Shown here: positions 13,347-26,476 of the stretch, piece by piece | How positions within the stretch are numbered: the first letter of the stretch is position 1 | Layout of the letters: the number at the start of each line of letters is the position of its first letter | Assembly: GCA_964016885.1 (NCBI GenBank) | Contig: OZ024761.1 | Location: forward strand, 10,044,001 to 10,108,000 | Length of the DNA: 64,000 bases | DNA from: Eledone cirrhosa | Lineage: Eukaryota | Reading direction: 5' to 3' | The notes under the pieces: model-generated | Databases searched by the model: none | What the model saw: the letters and a program-made list of their open reading frames with translations, nothing else | Told to the model about the DNA's origin: nothing | Position numbers and translations under genes: made by a program

Positions 13347-13528
13347 GTTATTCCGGGTTGAATCGGAGGTAACCACAGTAAGTAAGGTACTCAATACATT
13401 GCAGAGTATAAAAGTTTTAATATAGATGAGATTCTACAGGACTAGAACTGTTTCATTCTTTAGAAATCATCAGATTTCTAAAGAATGAAACAGTTCTAGT
13501 CCTGTAGAATCTCATCTATATTAAAACT
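13347..13528. mobile_element. Fold-back Penelope-like element (family C) with hammerhead core
   Basis: Palindrome centred ~13470. Minus strand CTGATGA-TTTCTAAAGAAT-GAAA-CAG-ttctagtc-CTG-TA-gaa. Confidence 0.75.
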
Positions 13529-13598
13529 ATATATATATATATATACATATATATGTATATATACATACATATATGTGTGTGTGTGTGTGTGTGTGTGT

Positions 13599-13779
13599 TT
13601 ATCTCGGGTTCAATGGGGGGTAACCACAGTAAGGTACTCAATACAAAGCAGAGTATATATATATAATATAGAAATGGTTTCTACAGGACTAGAAACCATT
13701 TCATTCGGGAGAAATTATCAGGAAAGCTTTCCTGGTGATTTCTCCTGAATGAAACAGTTCTAGTCCCGTAGAAGCCATT

Positions 13780-13790
<11 letters not shown>
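13599..13790. mobile_element. Fold-back element (family C)
   Basis: Centre ggaaag|ctttcc at 13726. Each arm has an HHR with one core mutation (CTGGTGA on +, CTGATAA on -). Confidence 0.75.
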
Positions 13791-13865
<75 letters not shown>

Positions 13866-13876
13866 GTGTGTGTGTA

Positions 13877-13973
<97 letters not shown>

Positions 13974-14289
13974 GTGTGTGTGTGTATGTATGTATGTGTG
14001 TGTGTGTGTGTGTATGTATGTGTGTGTGTGAGAGAGTGTGTAAATAGAGAGTGGCTTCTCTTTGTAACATACTATATTAAAACATGGTTCTATTTTATGA
14101 TAGATTTTTTTCCATGACGCTTAATTATTTCTTCATGTCCACCACCACACTACATTACCTCTGCCCAACACTTGGTTTAGGGAGGACTAAAAAGGGGTAG
14201 GGGGGCCTTAATAGTTTACCCCTCTAAAAGATAAATCCTCAAAACCCTTAAATCTCTCTCTCTCTCTCTGTCACTCTTTCTTTTCCTCT

Positions 14290-14325
14290 CGCTTTGATGA
14301 AGGGCCCAGTCTCGAAACCTTGCAC
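14290..14325 (+). ncRNA. Degenerate Penelope-type minimal hammerhead
   Basis: gct-TTGATGA-AGGGCCCAGTCTC-GAAA-CCTT; C3 and helix III mutated. Confidence 0.35.
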
Positions 14326-14342
14326 TTCTCGTCTTCCTCGCG

Positions 14343-14413
<71 letters not shown>

Positions 14414-14869
14414 TATATGTTTGTGGGTTTACGTAGGAAATAGCTTTTCTTTCAAACATATCTTATTAAAAACACGATTGTTTCCATCAAGTTTAATATA
14501 TCTTTATGAGGCATTTTTTTTTTTTTTCATATTTCCAAATTATCTTTGTTTTTCGTGCTTGGTTTGGAACAATCTCCTTTCTAAATCTATTAGTCTATCA
14601 ACGTTTCAAGACCCTCACAGTCCCGTCTTCAGAATAACAAGGATTCTAGTAGTGACGTACTGTTCACGTGCTTTTCAATGACCGCAAAGGATTATGGGAG
14701 TGCTAGTATAATGACAAAAAGCATATTCTATTAATGCTGATACAAAATACATCTCCATGCAAACAATAGTTTATAATGGAATGAGAGTGAGAGGGAGAGA
14801 GAGTGAGAGGGAGAGAGAGTGAGAGGGAGAGGGAGAGAGGTGTTAGAACGAAAATGTATTAAGATTCAG

Positions 14870-15240
14870 GTTGTTGCTGTTATTATTGGTGGTGTTGTTA
14901 CTCTTACTGTTGTTGTTGTTGTTGCTGTTGTTACTGCTGTTGATGATGTTGTTGTTGTTGGTCTTGCTGTTGTTGATGTTGCTGTTGTTTTGTTATTGAT
15001 GTTGCTGTTGCTACTGCTGTAGTTATTATTATTGTTGCCATTGTTGTTGATGTTGTTTTTATTATTGCTGTTAGTGCTGATGTTGTTTTTGTTGCTGCTG
15101 CTCTTGTTATTATCGTTACTGTTGTTGTTATTGTTATTGTTGCTTGTGTTGTTATTGTTGTTGTTGTTATTGTTACTGTTGTTATTGTTGTTGTTGATGT
15201 TGTTACTGCTACTGTTGTTATTGTTGTTGTTGTTGTTGTA
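14870..15240. repeat. (TTG/CTG/TTA)n trinucleotide repeat
   Basis: Direct inspection. Confidence 0.95.
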
Positions 15241-15390
15241 CTTTCCAAAGCAGACTTCTATGGTGAGCTTACTGTGGGAATGAGAACAGTGAACGATCAT
15301 AAAAAGTGCTACAAGGATTGTTTCAAAGTATCTGGGGAACACCTTGCTCAGAACAGCCCTGTCCCTATGGTACACACCTTCATTAACAAA
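15241..15390 (+). mobile_element. RTE LINE C-terminal fragment
   Basis: With a frameshift encodes FPKQ..FYGELTVGMRT..HKKCYKDCFK..EHLAQN, resembling the RTE motif LPKQIFYGEL..G.R...KRYKD.LK. Confidence 0.7.
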
Positions 15391-15589
15391 GGTACCAAAT
15401 TGTCCCGAGAGACAGGCCTAGACTTGACCAGGTGTACAATATAGGCTCACCATAGCTGGTACTAGAACTGACCAGATGTAAAATGTAGGCAGCCCCCCCC
15501 CCCCCCCCCCACACACACACACCACCACCACCACCACCACCACCACCAAAAAAAACTGTTATCAGGCCTAAAGCTGTTACGAAGCCCAT

Positions 15590-15895
15590 CAAATCAGATG
15601 TAAACTGTAGTTCCCTACAGCTGATAATAAATAGGCTCAAACAGATGTGAAGTGTTGGACCCCAAAACCGACACAAGGCCCAGACCAGATGTAAAATGTA
15701 GACCCAGTGTCGAATCTGCTAATAGGTCCAGGCCAGATGTGAAGTGTCGGACCCCAAAGTTAATACTAGGCACAGACAAGATGTAAAATGTAGACCCAGT
15801 GTCAAATCTAGTAGGTCCAGGCCAGATGTGAAGTGTTGGACCCCAAAGCTGAGGTACAAGGCTCAGACCACATGTAAAATGGTGGCCCAGTGTCA
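15590..15895. repeat. Degenerate dimeric minisatellite (cagatgtaaaatgtagacccag / cagatgtgaagtgttggacccc)
   Basis: Alternating ~42-43-bp subunits. Confidence 0.7.
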
Positions 15896-16464
15896 AAATG
15901 CTCTTAAGTTATTTTAGTAATCAGTGGTAAATACGTACGTATGAACTACGAGTATATATATATATAGTGTGTGTATATGCATGTATATATAGTGTGTATA
16001 TACATGTGTATATATAGTGTACATGTGTATATTTAAATGCAGTATGATTTATTTGTAGGTTACGAGTATATATATGTATATATAGTGTCTATATACATGT
16101 ATATATAGTGAGTATGTACCTTTATATATAGTGAGTATATACATGTATATATATATAGTGTGTGTATGCATGTATATATATAGTGTACATGCAGTATGAT
16201 TTATTTGTAGGTTACGAGTATATATTTAGTTAAATACAATATGATTTATGTATAGATTGTTGGTATATACAGGTATATACTTAAATGTAATATGATTTAT
16301 GTATGGGTGACAGACAGCTATTAACATGAGTTAGTCATCAAGGGAAGAGGGTCACCATTTTATTCAAATTTTCTATATTTGTCATTCCAAAAAGGGAGGG
16401 TTTGCAGGCTTTATATACGAGGTGGAGCTGGGGACACCTTTTAAATACTTAGAGCCTCTAAAAC

Positions 16465-16836
16465 ACTTGATCCTACCTTCATTACAGGTATGTGTAGTAC
16501 TTGATCCTACCTTGGTTACAGGTATGTGCAGTACTTGATCCTACCTTGGCTATAGGTATGTGTAGTACTTGATCCTACCTTCATTACAGGTATGTGTAGT
16601 ACTTGATCCTACCTTGGCTACAGGTATGTGTAGTACTTGATCCTACCTTCATTACAGGTATGTGCAGTACTTGATCCTACCTTGGCTACAGGTATGTGCA
16701 GTACTTGATCCTACCTTCATTACAGGTATGTGTAGTACTTGATCCTACCTTCATTACAGGTATGTGCAGTACTTGATCCTACCTTGGCTACAGGTATGTG
16801 CAGTACTTGATCCTACCTTGGTTACAGGTATGTGCA
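16465..16836. repeat. 34-bp minisatellite x11
   Basis: Unit acttgatcctacctt[cattac|ggytac]aggtatgtgyagt. Confidence 0.95.
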
Positions 16837-16989
16837 ATAGAAACGAAAAAGCAATAAAAAAAACGAGAATCTGAGGTGAACACACTCCTTCCAAATGTTA
16901 GGCCCCTACCAAGATATTCACCCGCCCTTCACCATCTCTTGTGTAGCCTGGGGTACACAGACATCATTGTAGTTTATTTCCACCACACA

Positions 16990-17200
16990 CTTACTAGGTC
17001 AACCTTGATAGAACAGATGTTCCAACCGTGAACATCCTGCCCCCCCCCCCCCCACCCTCCCCCTAAGTGCAGGGAGACCAGGACCGCATTATCCAACGTG
17101 TATAGGTACATTTTCTATGACAGCGGAAAGGTGTGATTTGAGGGAGATTGGCTGCTACTTCTAGCTGACCAAGTGACCCTGTAGAGGTTCCCTCGTTGGT
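16990..17200 (-). mobile_element. Older dispersed SINE-like family (GCTGCTATTTCTAGC motif)
   Basis: Homologous segments at 31600-31795 and 32500-32690. Confidence 0.55.
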
Positions 17201-17332
17201 TATATAACGATGTATGTCTTGTGCATGTGTATATGTATGTATATATATATTGGTATAAACATTTGTGTGAATTATGATAGGTTTGTTTGACGTGCCTGAA
17301 TATGATTATATACACTTCGATATGTAACCATG

Positions 17333-17399
<67 letters not shown>

Positions 17400-17623
17400 T
17401 CCCAATTTGTAGAAAACTTATAATGAAACAATTGTTTGGAAAGAGAGATGTATTTTAACTTTAATTATATCTCATAAAATAATACAACTGGCTTTTCCAC
17501 ATAATACATATTGTTAGCACCCCAAACACTTAAATTGGGTTTATATTAAAATATAACCTAATGTTTGTTGAGTGAGATGGTTACCAGTCAGAGTTTAGCT
17601 TTAAACTATCTCTGTTATTGTAT

Positions 17624-17703
<80 letters not shown>

Positions 17704-17769
17704 CTTTCATCTTTACCAGGATCTGTTGGTAAACTCCAATACACACACACACATATATTATATATATAT

Positions 17770-17966
17770 AATTAGTTTTACAACAGTAACATGTACAGGT
17801 ACTTAAGTTTCGTGGGGTTGTTTACACCAACCTCATTCAGCCTGTCATTGTTATGACAGGCTGAATGAGTTGGTGTGTATAACCCAACGAAACTTAAGTA
17901 CCTTTATATGTCACTGTTGTAACTAATTATACTTAACTCGTCCTTTAACGAGTTAAGTATAATTAG
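17770..17966. mobile_element. Double fold-back element carrying two variant hammerheads (family G)
   Basis: Palindrome centred ~17850. + strand acagg-CTGAATGA-GTTGG..CCAAC-GAAA-C-TTAA-GTA-cctt, mirrored on minus. Second perfect 19-bp hairpin at 17923-17966. Confidence 0.75.
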
Positions 17967-18941
17967 CTCTTAACCCTTGGATATTTATACCAAATTTGTA
18001 CTACAATATACACACGTGTGTGTGTGTGTATATATGAACATAAACACCTGTCTCTGTAATGTTGTTTGCTTGTTTTATGTGTATGTATATATATAAACAC
18101 TTGTGTGATTAACGACGTGTATATATAATATAAGTATGTGTATGTGTGTGGTCGTAAGTTTAACACCCTGACCACTGGGCCAGGCGTCTCCACGGCTCGG
18201 TACAGTGTTTGCCTGGAATTGAAGTAATGGTGGACTACTCCGAGCGTAATGATAAATATGTAAAGACGCGGCGGATAACTCCCCTGGCGGAGATTTGAAC
18301 TCAGAACCTAAAGGGAGATAATTAAAGAGAGCAAGACAAATATTTCGGCCGTCCGGTATGATGAAGTTGTGATTAGTTTTATTGACCGAATCAACAGGTT
18401 TCATGGTTGTAAGAGAGAGGAGGAGAAGGAGGAGAGAGAAAGTTATATAGAGAGCGAGATAGAGGCACATACACAGATAGAGGGAGAGGCTACATACAAA
18501 TAAACATATACATATAGAGTGAGAGAGAAGGTATGAGAGATGGAGAGAGAGAGAGAGAGAGAGCCTACATACATATAAACATATAGAGATAGAGAGTGAG
18601 AGAGAAGGTAAGAGACAGAGAGAGAAAGAGCCTACATACATATAAACATATAGAGATAGAGAGTGAGAGAGAAGGTAAAAGAGAGAGAGAGGGGTGGAGG
18701 ACATACATGCATAGATACATCCGTACATATAAACAGAGAGACGTAGAAAGAGAATGAGGGAGATTCGAAGGTAGATATACAGGTAGATATATATACAAAT
18801 AGATAGCGAGAGGAAAGACAGATAGATAGATACATAGTTAGAAGTTGAGACGCAGAAGAGAGAGAGATACATACATAGGTGAGAGAGAGAGAGAGAGAGA
18901 CGTAATATTACCAACACCCTGTGTGTATATATATATAGGTA

Positions 18942-19122
18942 AGTTATTCCGGGTTGAATCGGAGGTAACCACAATAAGTAAGGTATTCAATACATAGCAG
19001 AATATAAAAGTTTTAATATAGATGAAATTCTACAGGACTAGAACTGTATCATTTTTAAGAAATCATCATTTCTCAAGAATGAAACAGTTCTAGTCCTGTA
19101 GAATCTCATCTATATTAAAACC
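18942..19122. mobile_element. Fold-back element (family C)
   Basis: Homologous to 13347-13528; centre ~19065, inside the CTGATGA core. Confidence 0.75.
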
Positions 19123-19437
19123 TATATATATATATATATATATATTGGTTTGGTGTGGAGCTCTGGAGGTGACAGTGTTGTGGGCAGGGGCCTCCTGTCA
19201 GACCCTCCTTGACCAGTGGGATTGATGTCCCCTTAACATTCCTTCATAAGCTGTTGCAAGTTAATGTCTCCACTGCAGGGAAATATATGTACCCGGCAAG
19301 AATTCCAGAGGGACCACCGTTCTGTGGTGGAGACTGGGTATGGTGGTTTGTAGAGGACTTGGGGCTGTAGTGGTGGTTGTAGAGGTGGTGGTGGTGGTGG
19401 TGGTGGTAGTAGTAGCAACAGTAGTAGAGGTGGTCCA

Positions 19438-19557
19438 TTCTGAGTTCAAATCCCGCCGAGGTTAACTTTGCCTTTCATCCTTACAGGGTCGATAAAATAA
19501 AGTACCAGTAATACACTGGGTATTTGCTGGCCTTGTACCAAAAGTAGAAACAATTAT
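19438..19557 (+). mobile_element. 5'-truncated tRNA-derived SINE; (ATT)n tail runs into (AGT/GGT)n
   Basis: Matches 35115-35230. Confidence 0.85.
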
Positions 19558-20457
19558 TATTATTATTAGTAGTAGTAGTAGTTGTGGTGGTCGTAGTAGT
19601 AGTAGTTGTAGCAACAGTAGTGGTGGTGGTGGTAGCAGCAGTAGTGGTAGTAGTAGTGGTGGTGGTGGTGGTGGTGGTGGTAGTAGTAGTAGTGGTGGCA
19701 GTAGTAGTAGTAGTGGTGGTGGTGGTAGTGGTGGTGGTAGTAGTGGTGGTGGTGGTAGTGGTAGTGGTAGTAGTAGTGGTGGTAGTGGTGGTAGTGGTGG
19801 TGGTAGTAGTAGTGGTGGTGGTGGTGGTAGTAGTAGTGGTGGTGGTGGTGTATTATAAAGCTGACTAGACAGAAATCCGTCAATTGTTTTTCTTTCTTGT
19901 TTCTGTGAAGTGAATGATTGAAGTACCAGGGCTGGGGCTTGAGATATCTGAAGGTCTGGGCAGGGTGGGGGGGGGGGGGGCTATAGGTTAATATCCTGTG
20001 GTAGAGGTGGTAGTGGGGGGATGGGAGGTGAACACAATGTGGATGATGATGATGATGTGGAGGAGGAGAGAAGAGAGACAAGTGTATGAATGGAGGGGAG
20101 GGGGAACAGAGGTTATTGTAATTAGAGAGAGACAGGAGAGAGTGAGAAAGAGAGAGAGGCAAAACAAGAGAGAGAGCGAAAGAGAAAGGGGCAGAACGAG
20201 AGAGAGAAGCAGAGAGGAGAAAGTGTGAGAGAGCATGGAGAGAGAGGCAGAGAGGAAAGTGTGAGAGAGATAGGAGAGGCAGGGAGAGAGAGAGAGAAGA
20301 TAGTGAGAGAGATAGGCAGAGAGGAGTGTGTGTGAGAGTGAGGAAAGAGAGAGAGAGAGAGATAGGAGACGTCTGTCGACCAGAAGCTAGAGTGTTCATT
20401 AAATGACTTCATTTCTATCAGTCGGATGGCCTTCATTTCTCTGGATGTGTTCCAGGC

Positions 20458-21435
20458 TGTGTGTAAGTGTGCGTGTGTATATATGTAAGTGTGCGTGTGT
20501 ATATATGTAAGTGTGCGTGTGTATATATGTAAGTGTGCGTGTGTATATATGTAAGTGTGTGTGTGTGTATATATGTAAGTGTGCGTGTGTATATATGTGT
20601 GCGTGTGTATATATGTAAGTGTGCGTGTGTATGTAAGTGTGCGTGTGTATATATGTAAGTGTGCGTGTGTATATATGTAAGTGTGTGTGTTTATATGTAA
20701 GTGTGCGTGTGTATATATGTAAGTGTGTGTGTGTATATATGTAAGTGTGTGTGTATATATATGTGTGCGTGTGTATATATGTAAGTGTGCGTGTGTATAT
20801 ATATGTGTGTGTGTGTATATATGTGTGCGTGTGTATATATGTGTGTGTGTATATATGTAAGTGTGCGTGTGTATATGTGTGTGTGTGTGTATATATGTAA
20901 GTGTGCGTGTGTATATATGTAAGTGTGTGTGTGTGTGTATATGTAAGTGTGTGTGTGTATATATGTAAGTGTGTGTATGTATATATGTAAGTGTGTGTGT
21001 GTATATATGTAAGTGTGCGTGTGTATATATGTAAGTGTGCGTGTGTATATATATGTAAGTGTGCGTGTGTATATATGTAAGTGTGTGTGTGTGTATATAT
21101 GTAAGTGTGCGTGTGTATATATGTGTGCGTGTGTATATATGTAAGTGTGCGTGTGTATATATGTGTGCGTGTGTATATATGTAAGTGTGCGTGTGTATAT
21201 ATGTAAGTGTGCGTGTGTATATATGTAAGTGTGTGTGTTTATATGTAAGTGTGCGTGTGTATATATGTAAGTGTGTGTGTGTATATATGTAAGTGTGTGT
21301 GTGTGTGTATATGTAAGTGTGTGTGTGTATATATGTAAGTGTGTGTATGTATATATGTAAGTGTGTGTGTGTATATATGTAAGTGTGTGTATGTGTATAT
21401 AAGTGTGTATGTATATATGTAAGTGTGTGTGTGTG
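20458..21435. repeat. ~22-bp minisatellite gtgtatatatgtaagtgtgc
   Basis: Direct inspection. Confidence 0.95.
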
Positions 21436-22206
21436 GCATAATAAACGTACATAACTGCTAACATCCTGTAATGGTTTAGTAGAGAATATCTAAATATGTG
21501 GTTTGTATCTGTAGTATCTTTATAAGTGGACAGATTGTGGTGAACATTTGATGTATTAGAGTAAAGACTTCAATTGTTAAAGTGATGTAGTCTTAGTGTT
21601 GTTTTATACTTTTCAAGAATGTCTTGCTAATGTGGTTTTATGTGGTTTGTTAATTCAAATGTATATAGTATCTTTACTAGACAGATTATTGTGAACATTT
21701 GTTGTATTAGGGTAAAGACTTCGATTTTAAATGTGATGTAGTCACATTACTGTTTTATACTTTTCAAGAATATCTTGCTAATGTGGTTTTATGCAGTACA
21801 GGACGTTAAGAGTCAAATTATGTCATAAAACCAAAATAAAAGAAAGCAGGCAAACCCTTTGTCCCCCACCCACTCACAAAAATCAGAATATTGTAAACAA
21901 TAGTAAATAGTAATAACAACATATTGGTTTTTATCAAGATAATATATTTCTCGAGACAATGAGTATAGAGTCAAGTATATCGACCCCAGTATTTCACTGG
22001 TACTTTATTTTACCCCCCTACCCCCGAGGGGATGAATAACAATAACAATAACAAATTTTTCTAACCTCGAAACAAAGCCACAAAATTAGTGGGAGGGGGG
22101 GGGGTCACATTTTGCTTATATCCACCCCCAGTACATGTCACACCCCTTAATGTATAGACGACAACTTCGGCTGGATTTGAACTCTGAATGTAAAGGGACG
22201 TAACTA

Positions 22207-22248
<42 letters not shown>

Positions 22249-22283
22249 GTGTGTGTGTGTATATATATATATGTGTGTGTGTG

Positions 22284-22428
22284 TATCCCGCGTTCAATCG
22301 GGGGTAACCAGAGTAAGTAAGGTACTCAATACATAGCAGTGTATAAATATTTAATATAGAAATGACTTCTACAGGACTAGAACTGTTTCATTCGAAGGAA
22401 AACATCAGGGCTTTCCTGGTGATTTATT
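22284..22428. mobile_element. Family C Penelope-like element with short inverted arm
   Basis: ggtactcaatac...ctacaggactagaactgtttc homology; gggctttc-CTGGTGA on +. Confidence 0.7.
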
Positions 22429-22726
22429 TATTTAGGAATTGTAACGTCCAGTTACTGTAGGTTCACCAGTCAGATCGAACTTTGAGCTGATCAATAGCGA
22501 AACGTGTGTCACTACTCAATAAACGTAATGAAGACCTAACAAATCGTCCTTTTTATTATTATTAGTATATATATATATACACACACACGTGTGTGTGCTA
22601 CTTAGTATGTAATTCGTCGCTCTACCGATACTGTCAATCCACCGCTCATAGCCATCCATGTTTTAGTTTTTGATTGTATTTTCCTTCTTCTCCATCACCC
22701 CTTTTACTCACTCTCTATCAGTCTGT

Positions 22727-23120
22727 CTACCTACTTACCTACCTACCTACCTACCTACCTACCTACCTACCTACCTACCTACCTACCTACCTACCTATCT
22801 ACCTACCTACCTACCTACCTACCTACCTACTTACCTACCTACCTACCTACCTACCTACCTACCTACCTACCTACCTACCTACCTACTTACCTACCTACCT
22901 ACCTACCTACCTACCTACCTACCTACCTACCTACCTACCTACCTACCTACCTACCTACCTACCTACCTACCTACCTACCTACCTACCTACTTACCTACCT
23001 ATCTACCTACCTACCTACCTACCTACCTACCTACCTACCTACCTACCTACCTACCTACTTACCTACCTACCTACCTACCTACCTACCTACCTACCTACCT
23101 ACCTACCTACCTACCTACCT
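22727..23120. repeat. (CCTA)n tetranucleotide array
   Basis: Direct inspection. Confidence 0.98.
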
Positions 23121-23314
23121 GGGGCTTTCAATTGTTATTTTATTATATATAGTTTATTGTTATTTATTAATATTAAAATTATATGATTTTTATGTAAAAC
23201 CCCCGCCGTCACGTCTTGTAATGTCCCATTTTGGTACGCCCCTGTGGCAAATATAGAAAGATATCTATCTACCTATCTATCTATCTACCTATCTATCTAT
23301 CTATCTATTTATCT

Positions 23315-23980
23315 GGCGAAAGAGGTTGTATGGTGGATGAGGTTAAAAGGGCTGAGGTCAGACACCTTTCTCTCCGGTCAACAACTGATTCTTTTTTTCA
23401 AATACCACTTTGGAAGAAGAATCAGGATGGAGAGAGAGGTGCTGTACCCCAGGATGGAGAGAGAGGTGCTGTACCCCAGGATGGAGAGAGAGGTGCTGTA
23501 CCCCAGGATGGCGAGAGAGGTGCTGTACCCCAGGATGGCGAGAGAGGTGCTGTACCCCAGGATGGAGAGAGAGGTGCTGTACCCCAGGATGGAGAGAGAG
23601 GTGCTGTACCCCAGGATGGCGAGAGAGGTGCTGTACCCCAGGATGGAGAGAGAGGTGCTGTACCCCAGCAAGTTTTATGAAAGGTGAGTGAAAGTGGCGA
23701 GAATGGCCCCAGTGAATGGGCCTTCTCTCTATATCAGCCTGTAGGTTGAGGAAAAAGAGGAAGAGAGGAAAGGGGTACAAACTCTTCGTACTCCTGGAGA
23801 TGAGGGTTGCACTATTTTTCGGGGGGTATGTGTTACCCATATGAACTGTCTCCCCCTATTGGCGAAAATCGATTGATTTTTAAATTGCATTTGTGATAAT
23901 ATTTTACACGTTTTTATTGTATGTAAACTTCCCCCTTTGTATTTGTCCCCTTCTCTTGTGCCCCTGTGGCTAATAAAGAA
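23315..23980 (+). mobile_element. 3' end of Tx1/L1-like LINE with internal 27-bp x9 expansion
   Basis: Encodes AKEVVWWMRLKG...FFKYHFGRRIRMEREVLYP...SKFYER; 3' UTR ends gtggctaataaagaaa; flanked by (TATC)n. Related 3' ends at 23200 and 53271. Confidence 0.7.
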
Positions 23981-24273
23981 ACATATCTACCTACATCTCT
24001 CTCTCTCTCTCTCTCTCCCTTTCTCTCCCTCTCTCTCTCCTTTCTCTGTCATATTTCATGAGAACCATCAACACCACCACTTCCCCAAGAACGATAACGA
24101 TGGGGGTTGATGATGATGATGATTATGATAACGACAATACTGATGATGATGATGCTGATAGTGATAGTAATAATAATGATGATGATGATGATGACAGTAA
24201 TAATGTTGTTATTGCTGATGCTGATGCTGATGGTGTGTGAGGGCGAGAATGATGTCGATGATGATGATGATAA

Positions 24274-24490
24274 TAATTGTTTCTGGTTTAGGCACAAGGC
24301 CAACAATTGGGGGGGGGGGGTGATTAAAATCAACCCCAGTGTATTACTGGTACTTTATTTTATCGACCCCCGTAAGGATGAAAGGCAAAGTTAACCTCGG
24401 CGGGATTTGAACTCAGAACGTAAAGGGACGTAACTAAATACTAAATAGCGTCAGGTGTTATGATTTGTCCGGTACTCTAACGATACTGCT
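24274..24490 (-). mobile_element. tRNA-derived SINE
   Basis: Same family as 35041-35228. Confidence 0.8.
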
Positions 24491-24499
24491 GCTCAATAA

Positions 24500-24990
24500 T
24501 AGTGATGGTGATGGTGATGATGGTGGTGGTGGTGGTGGTGATGGTGGTGATGATGGTGATGGTGGTGGTGGTGATGGTGATGGTGGTGATGGTGATGGTG
24601 ATGGTGGTGGTGGTGGTGATGGTGGTGATGGTGATGATGATGGTGGTGGTGATGGTGATGATGGTGGTGATGGTGGTGATGGTGATGGTGATGGTGATGG
24701 TGGTGGTGGTGATGGTGGTGATGGTGATGATGGTGGTGATGGTGGTGATGGTGGTGGTGATGGTGATGATGGTGACATTACTAATGACAATAGTAACGAT
24801 GGTGGTGTTGATGAAGGTGGTAACGATGATGATAATATCGACGGTGGCGGTGATGGTGATGTTGGTGGTAATTAAGATGATGATGATCACGATGTTTGTA
24901 ATGATGCTGTTGTTGATGGTGATGATGGTGGTGGTGATGGTAGTGATGATGATGATGGTGGCGGTGATGATAGTGGTGATGGTGGCGGTG
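24500..24990. repeat. (GGT/GAT)n repeat
   Basis: Direct inspection. Confidence 0.95.
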
Positions 24991-25608
24991 TAAATTATTT
25001 AGAATGATACAAATTTACAGGAAAATGGAAAAAGAAAAGGGGTGGGTAGGGTGTGGGTGAATGGGGGGGGGCTTCATTTGTTGTTTAATTGGGTTGTGTG
25101 GGGGAGGGGTAGTGGTGATGGGGAGACTAATGGTGGTGGTGGGAGGGGGTGTGATTACATGATGTTCATAACACCCCTCTCCACACCGCCAATTTTAAAC
25201 ACAAAACATCATACATACACACACATACATACACACATACACACATATATACACACACATACACACACATATATACACACATACACACATATACATACAC
25301 ACACATATACATACATACACACGCATACACATACACACACATACATACACACATACACACACACATACACACATATATACACACACATATATACACACAT
25401 ACACACATATACATACACACACATATACATACATACACACGCATACACATACACACACATACATACACACACATACACACACTACATATACATACCACAC
25501 ATACACTACATATATATATATATATATACCACACACACACACACACACCACATATACATACACACACATATACATACACACACATACACACACCACATAT
25601 ACATACAC

Positions 25609-25642
<34 letters not shown>

Positions 25643-26079
25643 ACATATACCACAAACACACACACCACATATATATACACACATACCACATACACACACA
25701 ACACACCACACACACCACATACACACACAACACACACAACACATACACACACAACACACACAACACACACACCACATACACACACAACATAGCTAGAGGT
25801 ACAAAATAATACACACACACACCTGCAATATATACCACACACACACACACACCTCCAATACATACCACACACACACCTCCACCATTGATTAAATAACAAA
25901 CCTTCCCACCCGGCCACCACCTGCACCAACTTGGTTACTAGTAAGAACCGTTACTCACCCCACACATACACACAGGTCGCGCCCGGGGGTGGGGTAAAGT
26001 CGTACTACAAACTGAATTTCGAAACTCCGATTGAGTCTTTTTTTTTTTATATAAACTTTTCGTAAACACACACACACAC

Positions 26080-26187
<108 letters not shown>

Positions 26188-26249
26188 TACAAGCGGTGCT
26201 ACAGCATGGACTAAGTCTTGAGGGCGAGAACTAGAGAAATAATAAAGAA

Positions 26250-26280
<31 letters not shown>

Positions 26281-26374
26281 TATATAATATATATTATATA
26301 TATATATAAACTTGTCTAACCCATGCTATCATGGAAGATAGTTGAACGATGATAATGATGATATATATAATATA

Positions 26375-26428
<54 letters not shown>

Positions 26429-26442
26429 TATATATATGTATG

Positions 26443-26476
<34 letters not shown>

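Noticed and set aside
22727-23120. (CCTA)n as telomeric repeat
   Set aside because: 4-bp unit, not the TTAGGG expected for molluscs; ordinary microsatellite.
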